A DNA stretch of 64,000 nt from Candidatus Aminicenantes bacterium (GCA_037444845.1 JBBILQ010000008.1:385-64384); one strand, 5' to 3'; positions 25,492 through 35,966 are shown, numbered from the stretch's first letter. Numbers and translations are program-made. Notes: generated from the sequence alone by a model not told the origin.

Positions 25492-26958
25492 TCAGTCCAC
25501 CTCCGGAGGAGATGCCTTGACCCATCTTGCCAGAAGCCTGGTAGCGGCGAGCAGGACAACGAGAAGGATGGCCCACTGGAAGAGGACAGTCATCGTCGTG
25601 AATGTGCCGAAGGGCTTCCACCAGTTTTTCGGGTTATCAACGATTCCCCTGTAGAACCACCAACAGGTGAGAACCAGGAACACAACAGGCGAAACGAACT
25701 TGATGATGAAACTCCACCAGCGGCCCATTTTGATGTCGGCGCTCGGGTTAATGAGCTCGGTCCGGACTTTTTCCGCGCCATACTTCCAGACGGCCAGGAT
25801 GACGAAGAATCCGCTCAGGAGGAGAGCCACGCCCCAGACCCAGTCCTGGTTTTCGAGGAAGGACGGAAAGAAGGCAGAGGGGAGGCCCAGGAGAAAGCAG
25901 CCGGCGACGACGGCCACGGCGCTCTTCTTCCTTCCCCAGCCGGCGTCGATGAACGACCGGACCCCAACCTCTACCATGGCGATGAGCGAGGTGAAGGCAG
26001 CGAAGACCAGGGCCAGAAAAAAGACAGGAGCGATGATGACCCCGCCGGCCATTTTCGGAATAAGCTGGGCCAGGGAGATGAAGGTCAGGCCGGTGTTGCC
26101 GCTGGCCATGGCGGCGTTGGCTTGTTCAAGGCTGGGAGAGAGGGCGAAGATCGTCGGAATGATGGCCATCCCTGCCAGGAGGGCGACCGACTGGTCGCCG
26201 AATCCCACGAGGAGGCAGTTCTGTGAGATATCCTCCTTCTTTGTGGTGTAGATGGCGTAAGTTAGGAGCAGGCCCCAACCGGCGCCGGTCGACCAGGCAG
26301 ACTGGGTAAAAGCTTGGAGCCAGGTTGCAGGCTGGCCCAGCTTCGACCAATCGGGGACAAAAAGATAACGGAGTCCCTCCCCGGCTCCAGTGAGCGTAAC
26401 GGCCCGCGCGGCCGCGACGACAAGAAAAATGAAAAGCGCTGGAACCATCAGCTTGGCAACCTTTTCCACTCCGCTCTGAATGCCCCTGTAGATGACCAGG
26501 CCGCACAGCCCGATGGCCAGCGCATGAAAGAGGACTGTTTCAAAAGGCTTTGAAAGAAAATCATTCCACAAAGCCGTTGTGTCAACGCCTTCTTTGAACG
26601 CTCCTTGCATGGCCAGAACGAAATACTTAAGGCAGTATCCTGTGACGACCGAATAATAGAAGGTGATCAGCATGCAGACCGTGGCCATCCAGGCGCCCAT
26701 CCACGTGCAGCGCCGGTCTAAAAAATCGCGAAAACCGCCGATCGGCCCGCGGCGCGTTTTTCGGCCGATAGCCATCTCACTCATGAGCAGAGGCGCCGAC
26801 CACAAGAAGAGAGCCAGGGTGTACGCAAGGATAAAAGCGCCGCCTCCGTATTGGGCTGCCATCCGGGGAAAACGCCAGATGTTGCCCGTGCCGATGGCCA
26901 TGCCGATGGCAGCAGCCAGGAAGCCCCATCGGGACAGGAATTGGTCCTTGGTGCTCAA
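25492..26958 (-). CDS. Sodium-dependent transporter, NSS/SNF family
   Basis: AIGTGNIWRFP, GGGAF, FYYSVV, GNTGLTFISL; TTG start with GGAGG RBS. Confidence 0.93.
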   Translation of the reverse strand: MSTKDQFLSRWGFLAAAIGMAIGTGNIWRFPRMAAQYGGGAFILAYTLALFLWSAPLLMSEMAIGRKTRRGPIGGFRDFLDRRCTWMGAWMATVCMLITFYYSVVTGYCLKYFVLAMQGAFKEGVDTTALWNDFLSKPFETVLFHALAIGLCGLVIYRGIQSGVEKVAKLMVPALFIFLVVAAARAVTLTGAGEGLRYLFVPDWSKLGQPATWLQAFTQSAWSTGAGWGLLLTYAIYTTKKEDISQNCLLVGFGDQSVALLAGMAIIPTIFALSPSLEQANAAMASGNTGLTFISLAQLIPKMAGGVIIAPVFFLALVFAAFTSLIAMVEVGVRSFIDAGWGRKKSAVAVVAGCFLLGLPSAFFPSFLENQDWVWGVALLLSGFFVILAVWKYGAEKVRTELINPSADIKMGRWWSFIIKFVSPVVFLVLTCWWFYRGIVDNPKNWWKPFGTFTTMTVLFQWAILLVVLLAATRLLARWVKASPPEVD

Positions 26959-27079
26959 CTTAACCCTCCGTGGATAGAAATCGCTTGAATGACAATCCTC
27001 TATTCAGTCCTGCATGTAAAAACATGTGGCTGAATTATACTTATAGTCATGGCCGGCCGCAATCGAAAAAGCTGTCCAT

Positions 27080-27937
27080 CTATTCTTTCTTTTTGATTTT
27101 CTTGAGCTGTTCGGCGGCCGTTTCAACGGCCTTCTTGATTTCGACGTTATCCGGGTCGAAAACCAGCAGGCCCTGCCAAAGGAAGATAGCCTCAGTCAGG
27201 TTTCCCCTCCTGTACTGCTCTAATCCTTTTCTCGTTAGCTGAATCCGGCAGGTATTGATGGCATTGTCGAGGTCGGCGCGGGAAAAGGGCAGCTCTGCAC
27301 CGGTCTTCTTCAGGAGCGGATAACCTTTCAAGAGAGCATAGGAAGCTTTTCCCGCGACAGCATAATCTTCCCTCGCCAGGGCGAGGTCAGCCGCTCTCTT
27401 GATGTCACGGCTGAGGCTAACCAGGCTTGTCAGCACATCTGGATCGCCTGAATAGATCCGGACAAGCGATTGCATTTCGGCGAGAGCCAGGTCAAACTCC
27501 CCGGCTTTAAGAGCCTGACGAGCTCTTCCCTTAGCTGGGGCAACGCGGCAATCTTTGATCCGGTCGTTCAGGTATTTCTCAGAGAAGGCCAGCAATTCTT
27601 GAAGATCTCTGATGCTGCTCAGGTTCTCGAAGAGAAGGGAATAGGTTTTTTCTGCCAGGGAATAGTCCTTTTTCTCGAAGGCTTGGTCAGCCGACTGTCT
27701 GATTCTTTCTAAACATCTGACAAACGCGTCCCTTATAGCCGTATCGCCGGGATGCGCCCGGTAGGCCGAGTCAAAAGCGGCGATGGCCTGCCTGTATTCG
27801 CCAGCTTCAAGGTGCTGCTGGGACAAGATGAGAGGCTGTTCAGGAGGAATCTTTTTCTGGGCGGCGCATCCATAATAGAGGAGGCCTAATGTCGCTAAAA
27901 AAGAGAGCCATGCCTTCTTTTTTAGGGTGCGTTTCAT
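27080..27937 (-). CDS. Helical-repeat (TPR-like) lipoprotein
   Basis: Lipobox LLYYGC; repeated helical units; 4-nt overlap with HD-GYP gene. Confidence 0.75.
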   Translation of the reverse strand: MKRTLKKKAWLSFLATLGLLYYGCAAQKKIPPEQPLILSQQHLEAGEYRQAIAAFDSAYRAHPGDTAIRDAFVRCLERIRQSADQAFEKKDYSLAEKTYSLLFENLSSIRDLQELLAFSEKYLNDRIKDCRVAPAKGRARQALKAGEFDLALAEMQSLVRIYSGDPDVLTSLVSLSRDIKRAADLALAREDYAVAGKASYALLKGYPLLKKTGAELPFSRADLDNAINTCRIQLTRKGLEQYRRGNLTEAIFLWQGLLVFDPDNVEIKKAVETAAEQLKKIKKKE

Positions 27938-29307
27938 GTCCTGCCTTGATCCCAGCCTTTTATCTCAGGCATCTTTTTCTCCATGGTCCAGATGAAGATT
28001 TTCACCAGGTCTGGATGAAATTGCCTTCCCGCGAGTTCCGTGATTTTCTGGCGTGACTCCTCTCCGGTCAGAGCCTCGCGGTAGGGCCTGTCCGATGTCA
28101 TGGCGTCGTAGACATCAGCGAGAGAAATGATGGCTGCTGCCAGCGGGATTTCGTCCCCGCTTATCCCGTCGGGATAGCCTGTGCCGTCGTGCCATTCATG
28201 ATGATGCCTGACAGCAGGGATGTACTTCAACAGAGATGGTGCTTTGCTGAGGATCTCGGCCCCGTATTCAGTGTGCCTGGCCATCTCTCTGTGTTCGAGC
28301 GGGTCGAGCTTCCCTTTTTTCAGCAGGATAGCGTCAGGGATTTTTATTTTTCCGACATCGTGGAAGAGGCAGGCGATTTCGAGGTCTTCGAGCTCGGCAC
28401 TTCGGAGCCCGATCTCCTTGCCCATCTCGACGGAAAGCTGAGCCACCCGGGTTGAGTGGCCGAGCGTGTAGGTGTCCCGAGCGTCGATGGCCGCGGCCAA
28501 CACTCTCACCGTGGAAACATAAGCGTCCTCGAGGTCTTGAGCGTATTTGCTGAGCTTGTCCTGCTGAGACGTGATGAGGGCGGTCATCTCGTTAAAACTC
28601 TGGGTTAGCCGTCCGAGTTCATCTCGCGAATAGACGCGCAGCGGCTGTCGCCTTTTTCCTTCTTTAAGCTCAGCGACGCCAACGGACAGCTCCTGAATGG
28701 GCTTTGTCAAGAATGAGGAAACGAGAAAGCTGCTGGCAACGCCGAGCAAAAGAACCGCCGCGAAAACGAAGGCAATTTTCTCTCGCGCCTCCTGCTGGGC
28801 CGTTATCAGAACCGATTTGTTGATATCAATAATAACCACCCCGAGGCGCCTATTCATAAACCGTATGGGGCTGGAAACCTGAAAAAAGCTACCGGAAGCG
28901 CCGGTCGCTTCTACGATCACCGTGGCGTCTGGTTCTTGCTTAAAAACAATTCCTTCTGCGGGGGTGAAGGGTTCACCCGATTTTTGGATATCGCTGTGAA
29001 CGATGATCCGGCTCTCTGTGTTGACCAGAGCAATAGATTCGATGTCAGGGTTTGAGCTCTTTATCCTGAAAACGATGTTGTCGAGCCCGAGGAGATCCTG
29101 AGAGAGAAGGTTGTAGCCGGCTGTCGAGGCGATGCTCCGACTGAGCGATTCAACCCTTTTGATGAGCTCGTCGAGGACCCGGTTGTTCACGAACCGAACC
29201 GTGACCAAGTAAAAAATGAGTGTCGTTGAGACGAGAAGAAGCAGGACGAAAAGCGAAGCTTTAACTCGGATCCTCTGGAAGGAGGCGAGCCAGAATTTTT
29301 TTGTCAT
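27934..29307 (-). CDS. Membrane HAMP + HD-GYP phosphodiesterase
   Basis: Two TMs around a sensor domain, HAMP (DELGRLTQSFNEM), GHSTRV, FHDVGK, HHEWHDGTGYP. Confidence 0.9.
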   Translation of the reverse strand: MTKKFWLASFQRIRVKASLFVLLLLVSTTLIFYLVTVRFVNNRVLDELIKRVESLSRSIASTAGYNLLSQDLLGLDNIVFRIKSSNPDIESIALVNTESRIIVHSDIQKSGEPFTPAEGIVFKQEPDATVIVEATGASGSFFQVSSPIRFMNRRLGVVIIDINKSVLITAQQEAREKIAFVFAAVLLLGVASSFLVSSFLTKPIQELSVGVAELKEGKRRQPLRVYSRDELGRLTQSFNEMTALITSQQDKLSKYAQDLEDAYVSTVRVLAAAIDARDTYTLGHSTRVAQLSVEMGKEIGLRSAELEDLEIACLFHDVGKIKIPDAILLKKGKLDPLEHREMARHTEYGAEILSKAPSLLKYIPAVRHHHEWHDGTGYPDGISGDEIPLAAAIISLADVYDAMTSDRPYREALTGEESRQKITELAGRQFHPDLVKIFIWTMEKKMPEIKGWDQGRT

Positions 29308-29582
29308 GACGAGTCCTTGCTCCAGACGCCGCCCGAATCGACGTACTTCTTCACCGAAGCCAGCGCCGCTTCGATCATCGTCTTCCCGTTGGCTGTCTGA
29401 GTTAGGCTTTTAGGATGGATAATTTCGCCGCGGATAAGTTCTTGTCTTTTGTCGAACCCGAGACCGGCCATCCCATCCGGCCCGAAATCAGGCATCTCTT
29501 GAGAGAAGGCCCCAAAGAAAGGCAGAAAAAAGAGAGAAAACCCCCCTCGCGCGGTTCCCCTGAGAGTTCGTGTTCTCCTCAT
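29304..29582 (-). CDS. Short hypothetical ORF or remnant coupled to HD-GYP gene
   Basis: 92 codons, signal-like hydrophobic stretch, ATGA overlap with HD-GYP start; no family recognised. Confidence 0.3.
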   Translation of the reverse strand: MRRTRTLRGTARGGFSLFFLPFFGAFSQEMPDFGPDGMAGLGFDKRQELIRGEIIHPKSLTQTANGKTMIEAALASVKKYVDSGGVWSKDSS

Positions 29583-29628
29583 GGGTTGAGAATTAAAAAA
29601 TATCCTGCCTGGCGAGCTGCGTCAAGCC

Positions 29629-30570
29629 TCAACAGATGAGCTTCAGAGCCCTCGGGATGACCCTAACCTGGATTTCTGAGAAGACAGCGGGGGTTCGCCA
29701 CCCGCCGACGATCTCGCCGTCTGCCTGGACAGTGAACTGTTGCTCTGATCGGACGGTGAAAACGGGGGAGCGGAGGCAGACGGCTTCCCCGGCCGTGATG
29801 TGTTTTCCGTTCTTAGCAAGAAGGGCCAGGTGAATGAGGCGCGGCAGGGAACAAGCTCGGATAAGGCAGGCGTCAAGATTTCCGTCATCAACTCGGGCGG
29901 CGGGGTTGATCAGTCTTCCTGTTGCCCAGTAGCGGATGTTGCTGAAAACAGCCGCCGCGAACTCTCCCTCTGTCCTTCCCTCAACTGAATCGATCTTCAG
30001 GCGCAAAGGAATTTTTCCCGACCGCTGGGCGTTGATGATGCCGAACAGGCCAGCGATTTTTTGCCTTCTTCCCAGCCTCGGCCTTCGGTCTGAGAGCTTC
30101 TCGATATATTGGTTCACAATCGCTCCGAGACCAATGTTTGCCTGTCCCAGAAAGTAGAGGAGGGCTTCTCCTTCGAGGCCAAGGCAGCCGAGGTCGATTG
30201 CTTTTATTTCTCCCCTTTTCAGGGCAGAGCAGGCTTTGTCCAGACTTTCCACCCGGAATTCCCTGGCGATATCATTGGACGAACCCAGCCCAATCAAGCT
30301 GAGATTGGGGCCGCCTCCTGCCTTCATGACCTCGTCAATGATGATCTGAAATGTTGAATCTCCGCCGACTCCGACAAGAGTGTCATATTGCCGCGAAGCG
30401 CGCCGCGCCAGCTCTCTTAAATCCCAGACGCTCTGGGTGATGTAGAAATCGTGGAGGATTTCGTGCTCAAGGAGGAGCCGGTCCAGTTGCTTTTTGGCCT
30501 TGATCGCCCTTCCTTTTCCCGCGGCCGGGTTGAAGAGGAAGGCAACTCTGTCTTGTCGCGTCACACTCAT
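29629..30570 (-). CDS. Diacylglycerol kinase family lipid kinase
   Basis: FNPAAGKG, GVGGDST, LGSSNDIAR, QADGE. Confidence 0.88.
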   Translation of the reverse strand: MSVTRQDRVAFLFNPAAGKGRAIKAKKQLDRLLLEHEILHDFYITQSVWDLRELARRASRQYDTLVGVGGDSTFQIIIDEVMKAGGGPNLSLIGLGSSNDIAREFRVESLDKACSALKRGEIKAIDLGCLGLEGEALLYFLGQANIGLGAIVNQYIEKLSDRRPRLGRRQKIAGLFGIINAQRSGKIPLRLKIDSVEGRTEGEFAAAVFSNIRYWATGRLINPAARVDDGNLDACLIRACSLPRLIHLALLAKNGKHITAGEAVCLRSPVFTVRSEQQFTVQADGEIVGGWRTPAVFSEIQVRVIPRALKLIC

Positions 30571-30594
30571 GCCTTACCTGAAGCCATCTGGCCC

Positions 30595-31695
30595 TCAGAT
30601 GGCCTGGAGTTTCGCCGTCAGTGTCTTTTGTCTGCCGCCCCTGATAACGTCAACTTTGACTTCATCGCCCACCTGCTGGCCGTCGAGAATTTTGTAAAGA
30701 TCGTCGACGGATTTAACCGGCTGTCTATTGATGGCCACGATGATATCTCCCAGGACGACATTCCCATCTTTGTCGTAGCGGGTTGGCAAAATACCCGCAC
30801 TGGCTGCCGCTCCCCGGGGGTCGACATCGACCACGAGAACACCCTCAACTCCGATTTCCCGGGCGAGGTAGTCTTCAGCGGGCTGAATGCCGAGCCCCGG
30901 CCTGATGACTTTTCCGTATTGGATGAGCTGGGGCACGATGCGGTTGACCGTATCGACAGGCACAGCAAAACCGACCCCGGCGTAGGCACCAGACGGGCTG
31001 TAGATAGCCGTGTTCACGCCGATGCACCGGCCGGCGCTGTCCAGGAGCGGCCCGCCCGAGTTCCCCGGGTTGATAGCTGCATCTGTCTGGATGACTCCCT
31101 GGATGGGACGGCGGGAGAGAGATTCGATTTCCCGGCCGAGGGCGCTGATGACTCCTGTCGTGAGGGTTTGGTCAAGGCCAAAAGGGTTGCCGATGGCAAA
31201 CACAAACTGCCCCACCTTAAGGTCCTTTGACGTCCCCAGGCGGATCGGCCGCAGCTTTTTTTTTGGCGGGTCAATTTTGAGAACGGCCAGGTCTTTGTCG
31301 GGCGCGTAGCCCACGAGTTTCGCTTCCCATTGGGTGTGGTCTGACAGCGTCACCCGAACCTGCTGAGCCCTGTAGATGACATGGAAGTTGGTGACGATGT
31401 GCCCGCGTTCATCCCAGATAAACCCGGAGCCGGTTCCCTGAGGGATTTCAAAAATGTTAAAGGTGAAAAGGTCTCTCCTGAAAACGAGAGTGGTAATGAA
31501 GACGACAGAGGGCCGGGCCTCTTCGAAGATAGCGATGGCCGCCTCCTCGCCGGGCAGCAGAGGGCCGCGGGGAGAAACTGGACGGGAAGGGAATTTCTCC
31601 TGGGCCTCTGAGAGAAGGCCGACCGAGGAAATGGCAGCGGTCAAAATAAGGGCAGCCCATTTCTTGAGTTCCCGGCGTTTGTGGCGATTGACCAT
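30595..31695 (-). CDS. HtrA/DegP-like serine protease with one PDZ domain
   Basis: IVTNFHV, DLAVLK, TDAAINPGNSGGPL, PDZ C-terminus. Confidence 0.93.
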   Translation of the reverse strand: MVNRHKRRELKKWAALILTAAISSVGLLSEAQEKFPSRPVSPRGPLLPGEEAAIAIFEEARPSVVFITTLVFRRDLFTFNIFEIPQGTGSGFIWDERGHIVTNFHVIYRAQQVRVTLSDHTQWEAKLVGYAPDKDLAVLKIDPPKKKLRPIRLGTSKDLKVGQFVFAIGNPFGLDQTLTTGVISALGREIESLSRRPIQGVIQTDAAINPGNSGGPLLDSAGRCIGVNTAIYSPSGAYAGVGFAVPVDTVNRIVPQLIQYGKVIRPGLGIQPAEDYLAREIGVEGVLVVDVDPRGAAASAGILPTRYDKDGNVVLGDIIVAINRQPVKSVDDLYKILDGQQVGDEVKVDVIRGGRQKTLTAKLQAI

Positions 31696-31823
31696 GACTC
31701 ACCTCCCTCGGTTTTCTATCGGCGAGGCCACAGATCCTGACATCGGCTTCTCCTGGAAGTATATTCCTGCTCTCCCTGCCCGTCAAGAAAGGAGGGGATT
31801 TGTGGAAAAGCCAAGTCTTTGCT

Positions 31824-34349
31824 CTACTTGAGGAAAAAACCTGCCCTGAAAAACTCATGGAGAGAAAGCAAAAAATAGTTGAAGAGACAAACCAAAACAA
31901 AAAAACCCAAAAAGAGGTTTCGGACCACAGCCTTTAGCCGCTCCTTTTGGGAAATAAACGCAAGGATTAGAAAAACAAAAAGTTCGGAGGTTGTCCGAAC
32001 CCCATTGTCAACGTGTTCCCAGATCTTGGTGTAGTTTAGCAGGAGAGAGACAAGGGAAAAGAAAAACAGTCCCAGGCTTAACGAATCAATCCTTTTCCAG
32101 AAAAAATAGAGCGTAAAGAGAAAAATAATGACCAACAGGATGGGATAAGCCAGGGCGGCGAGAGCGAGATCTTTGAAATAGTCCCCGGCCAGAACTTTCT
32201 TATACAGCGCCGCGAAACCGGAAAAAGGCAGGCCGAAATCCCCCGGCTGGGAAAAGAAAGTTGCCCAGCCATAGCAAGGGAAAAACCTCAGGGTCAGGAA
32301 GATCCTCCAGAATAAATAGGGGAGAATGGAGGCGCCCAGAAGAGATGCCGTCTTAAAGCTCCTTTTCTTGAATAGCTCATAAAGAACAACAGCCACGATG
32401 AAGAATCCCGTCGTCTCCCGGACAAGGATAGATGCCGCGAAGAGCAAGGAGGCGACAGGAATTTTCCGTTTCAGATAAAAATAAAGTCCGGCTAAAAGAA
32501 AGGCCAGACCGATGGGTTCGGGCAAGGCCCGATACAAGGATAGCTGAAAACCTGGGATCAAAGCATAAAAAAAAGTCCAGAGCGGGCTGTGTTTGAAAAA
32601 TTGGACGATTTTAAGGAGAAAAAAGGCTCCGATGAAATAGGAAACCAGGACGAGCCAGACCATCGTCTTGGGATAATTTTCAGGCCTGTCGAGGGAAAAT
32701 GTTTTTATCAGCAATGGGAAGCCGATTCTCCCGAAACGGTAGGCCGGTTCATCCACGACGCCCCGGTACTTTATGGGATTATCTTTGAACCGGGATAGAA
32801 ACGGGTCATTGGTAATGAAGTAATAGTATTGCCCGTCAAAGCCGCCCTTATCCGTGAAGAGCCTTTTTTTAATCTTGTCTATCCGGCCTTCCTGGTAATA
32901 ATGGAACCAGTCGACATTGAGACAAGGCCAATGAAAAACGTGGCTGTACTCGGCCGTGATCACGATCTGGGCTGTTTTTCCAACCCATCGGCGAACGTTC
33001 CAGAGGCGAAGCTCCATGGACTCTTCGTTTTTTCCTCTCTCTTCGCGGACGATTTTGCCGTTCACTGAGAGAGTCACAGATTGTCTGGCAAAGTCTTTTT
33101 CCCCCATAAAACTGCCACCGCTATTGAGAAAGCCAATGACGTTTTTCTTGATAACGAAAGGGGCAGATGTCAGCGTCCCCTGCGCCCTGAATTCTTGTGT
33201 TTCTCTGGCTCTGTTGCAGGCTTTGATCATGTGCCGGCCCTGATAGACGAGAGGCTTGGCGCCTCTATAGGGAACGTATTTGAGGGCGTCCTTTGGCGTA
33301 AGCTGAAAAAGGACGTCGTTTCCGGTCGCCGTCCAGTTTTCCAGCGTTCCGTTTTCAAAATCTGAATTGGGGAATAGAAGATCGGCCGAAGTGTTCCAAA
33401 AAATGGGGTTGCTGGATACAAAATCCCGGGCAAAGCAAACAAACCTGCTGTAGTCCCCTTGAAACAGGCTAAGCGTATGATGCATGATGTTGAGAAAGAA
33501 TAGGAAAACAGCCAGAGGAACAAAGACGGCAATCAGGAGTTTTTTTCTGGAGCGCAGTTGTGAAACGGCGGCTTGCATAATTCTCCAGCCAAAGGCGAGA
33601 GCAGCATGTCCACGTTCATAGACACTCTTTGAGAGGCTCGGGATGATTCCGAAGTATAGCCAGAGAAGGAAAAGCCAGGAGCTTTTCAGGGAAAATAGCA
33701 GCCTGTATTGAGAAATGGCTGGAAGAAAGGCTGCGCCGATAAGAACCAGCCAGGCCGAGGAGCTAAAGACAAGAGAGAATCGACTGATGGCCGATTTTTT
33801 GGGGATCATTACAGCAGAAATCCACCCCAAGAGAAAGAGCAGGATACCCACAGCTGGCAAAAAAAGCCGCGGAATGCTCTGATACATTTTATTGATCTTG
33901 GGGATGGCGACAAAAGTAAACAAACCCGTCGAGTATCCATAGATATTTTTTATTTCCAGGTCCAGAAGCTTCCATCGCCCGCGACTTCCCTTAAGCTCGA
34001 TCCTGTTGTCTGGCCAGAGATGTCTTTGGTCCAGGTCCAGAAAGTATTCTCTTGTCTTAGCCGGCTTGAGGTGGATCTCCCCGAGATCCTCGGCATTGAG
34101 CTTGACCCAGACGGTTTTCGGCTTATTTTCGCTGTTGTTTATTTTTAGCCCAAACAACAGAGGGCCGTTCGGTTTTTCTTTGGGTCCCTCGAAGTCGAGG
34201 ACCAGACGTTGTCCCTCGGGAGCGAGAGTCCCCGCGGTGACTTTTTTTCTGAACTTGACAAAATCCGTGTAGATGACCTGCGAAAAGAGTGAAGTCAATA
34301 AAAAAGCCTGAAGAAAATATGCTATAAACCGCTTCGCCTTTTTTTTCAT
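31824..34349 (-). CDS. Large membrane protein, GT-C-like glycopolymer formation family with inserted carbohydrate-binding-like domain
   Basis: GFDGQYYYFITNDP and YRFGRIGFPLL, RALPEPIGL, LVRETT, multi-TM C-terminus; insert DFENGTLENW...GTLTSAPF...WNVRRWVGKTAQIVI. Confidence 0.72.
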   Translation of the reverse strand: MKKKAKRFIAYFLQAFLLTSLFSQVIYTDFVKFRKKVTAGTLAPEGQRLVLDFEGPKEKPNGPLLFGLKINNSENKPKTVWVKLNAEDLGEIHLKPAKTREYFLDLDQRHLWPDNRIELKGSRGRWKLLDLEIKNIYGYSTGLFTFVAIPKINKMYQSIPRLFLPAVGILLFLLGWISAVMIPKKSAISRFSLVFSSSAWLVLIGAAFLPAISQYRLLFSLKSSWLFLLWLYFGIIPSLSKSVYERGHAALAFGWRIMQAAVSQLRSRKKLLIAVFVPLAVFLFFLNIMHHTLSLFQGDYSRFVCFARDFVSSNPIFWNTSADLLFPNSDFENGTLENWTATGNDVLFQLTPKDALKYVPYRGAKPLVYQGRHMIKACNRARETQEFRAQGTLTSAPFVIKKNVIGFLNSGGSFMGEKDFARQSVTLSVNGKIVREERGKNEESMELRLWNVRRWVGKTAQIVITAEYSHVFHWPCLNVDWFHYYQEGRIDKIKKRLFTDKGGFDGQYYYFITNDPFLSRFKDNPIKYRGVVDEPAYRFGRIGFPLLIKTFSLDRPENYPKTMVWLVLVSYFIGAFFLLKIVQFFKHSPLWTFFYALIPGFQLSLYRALPEPIGLAFLLAGLYFYLKRKIPVASLLFAASILVRETTGFFIVAVVLYELFKKRSFKTASLLGASILPYLFWRIFLTLRFFPCYGWATFFSQPGDFGLPFSGFAALYKKVLAGDYFKDLALAALAYPILLVIIFLFTLYFFWKRIDSLSLGLFFFSLVSLLLNYTKIWEHVDNGVRTTSELFVFLILAFISQKERLKAVVRNLFLGFFVLVCLFNYFLLSLHEFFRAGFFLK

Positions 34350-34549
34350 TTTTGCATGGTTCGATTCGACCCAGCGGAAAAATATATAAACAGAAAAAAT
34401 CTGTCAAGTGAAAGGACGCGTCCATTCCCCTCCTTAAAGTCGGTATTCCCTAATGATCTCCGGAATAATCAGAGGCGAACTCCGGGCTGGATTGTAACAG
34501 GGTTTTTTTTATGTTATAAACACAAACCCAAGCTAGAAAGGAGTCGTCG

Positions 34550-35941
34550 ATGGAACAATTTTATGATAACCTGGCGAGATGGGTTGACCACACGGCCTAT
34601 AACATCTGGTCCTACCTTCTCTTTCTCCTTCTTGGCGTGGGTATCTGGCTCACCGTAAGAACAGGATTCATCCAGTTTCGGCGGCTTGGGGATAGTTTCA
34701 AGCTGATTTTTGCAGGATTCCTGGGGAAAAAAGCGAAAGGAAAGGAAGGGGATGTGTCTCCGTTTGCGGCTCTCTCGACTGCCCTGGCGGCGACCGTCGG
34801 AAACGGGAATATCGGCGGTGTGGCCACAGCGCTTTTCACAGGAGGGCCTGGCGCTATTTTCTGGCTCTGGATCTGCGGCCTCGTGGGGATGGCCACGAAA
34901 TTTTCCGAAGCCTTGCTGGGAGTGAAATACCGCGAAAAATACCCCGATGGAAAAATTGCCGGAGGGCCGATGTACTACATAAAGAACGGGTTCAAGAACA
35001 AGAGGCTTGCTGCGGTTTTAGCTCCTGCGTTCGCCGTCTGCGGCGCTCTGGCCACGCTTTTCGGCACCGGCAACATGATGCAGGCTAACCAGATGGCCTT
35101 AGCCTTCCACAGCGAATTCGGAATTCCCAAGGCGTTGATCGGTGGCATCGTCACCTTCTTTGTGGCCCTGGTGGTTATCGGCGGCATCAAGCGAATAGGC
35201 GCCGTGGCGGCAAAAATCGTGCCGGCCATGCTGATCGTCTATTTTGTCTTCGGCTTTATCGTCATTTTTGCCCACGTCACCCATGTTCCGGACGTCTTCC
35301 TTTTGATTTTCAAGCATGCGTTCACGCCGGCCGCTGCTGTTGGCGGCTTTCTCGGAGCGACTGTCAAGCGCGGCATCCAGATGGGCTTCCGCAGGGGGCT
35401 GCTCACCAACGAGGCCGGCCTGGGCAGCGCTCCGATCGCCCATGCTGCCGCCCAGACGCCCTCCCCAGTTCATCAAGGATTGATGGGCATCGGCGAAGTT
35501 TTTATCGACACACTCATCGTCTGCACAATGACAGCGCTCATTAACTTGTCCACGGGCATGTGGCTGAGCGGCCTTAACGGAACGGCCATGACCGCTGCCA
35601 GCTTTTCCAAAGCCGTGCCTGTCGCCGGCGGGCTGGTCGTGGCTCTTTCTTCCTTCCTTTTCGGCTACACGACTCTCATCGGCTGGTACTATTATGGCGA
35701 GCAGTGCATGAAGTACCTCTTTGGTATCAAAGTCACCTATCCCTACAGAGTGATCTACGTCATCCTCGTCTTCACGGGTTCGATTATTTCTATCGAGCTC
35801 GTCTTTTACATCGGCGACATTGCCAATGCTTTCATGGCCTTCCCGAATCTGGTCGCGCTGATAGTTCTGAGCGGCACAGTGGCCGCGACGGCGAGGGAAT
35901 TTTTCAGGAAGTACCCTCGGATCGAGGATTTCGATAAATAA
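34550..35941 (+). CDS. Alanine/glycine:cation symporter (AGCS)
   Basis: ATVGNGNIGGVA, GGPGAIFW, GGPMYY, TNEAGLGSAP, VFIDTLIVC. Confidence 0.95.
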   Translation: MEQFYDNLARWVDHTAYNIWSYLLFLLLGVGIWLTVRTGFIQFRRLGDSFKLIFAGFLGKKAKGKEGDVSPFAALSTALAATVGNGNIGGVATALFTGGPGAIFWLWICGLVGMATKFSEALLGVKYREKYPDGKIAGGPMYYIKNGFKNKRLAAVLAPAFAVCGALATLFGTGNMMQANQMALAFHSEFGIPKALIGGIVTFFVALVVIGGIKRIGAVAAKIVPAMLIVYFVFGFIVIFAHVTHVPDVFLLIFKHAFTPAAAVGGFLGATVKRGIQMGFRRGLLTNEAGLGSAPIAHAAAQTPSPVHQGLMGIGEVFIDTLIVCTMTALINLSTGMWLSGLNGTAMTAASFSKAVPVAGGLVVALSSFLFGYTTLIGWYYYGEQCMKYLFGIKVTYPYRVIYVILVFTGSIISIELVFYIGDIANAFMAFPNLVALIVLSGTVAATAREFFRKYPRIEDFDK

Positions 35942-35966
35942 GGATACCGAAGACGTATTGGCGGCA

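Noticed and set aside
29540-29582. Glycine riboswitch (GGAGA...AACTCTCAGG on minus strand)
   Set aside because: Only 5 nt separate the two motifs, so the P2/P3 region with CCGAAG is missing; the downstream genes do not fit.
34350-34549. Glycine riboswitch upstream of the AGCS symporter
   Set aside because: Expected for this gene family, but no aptamer motifs are present.
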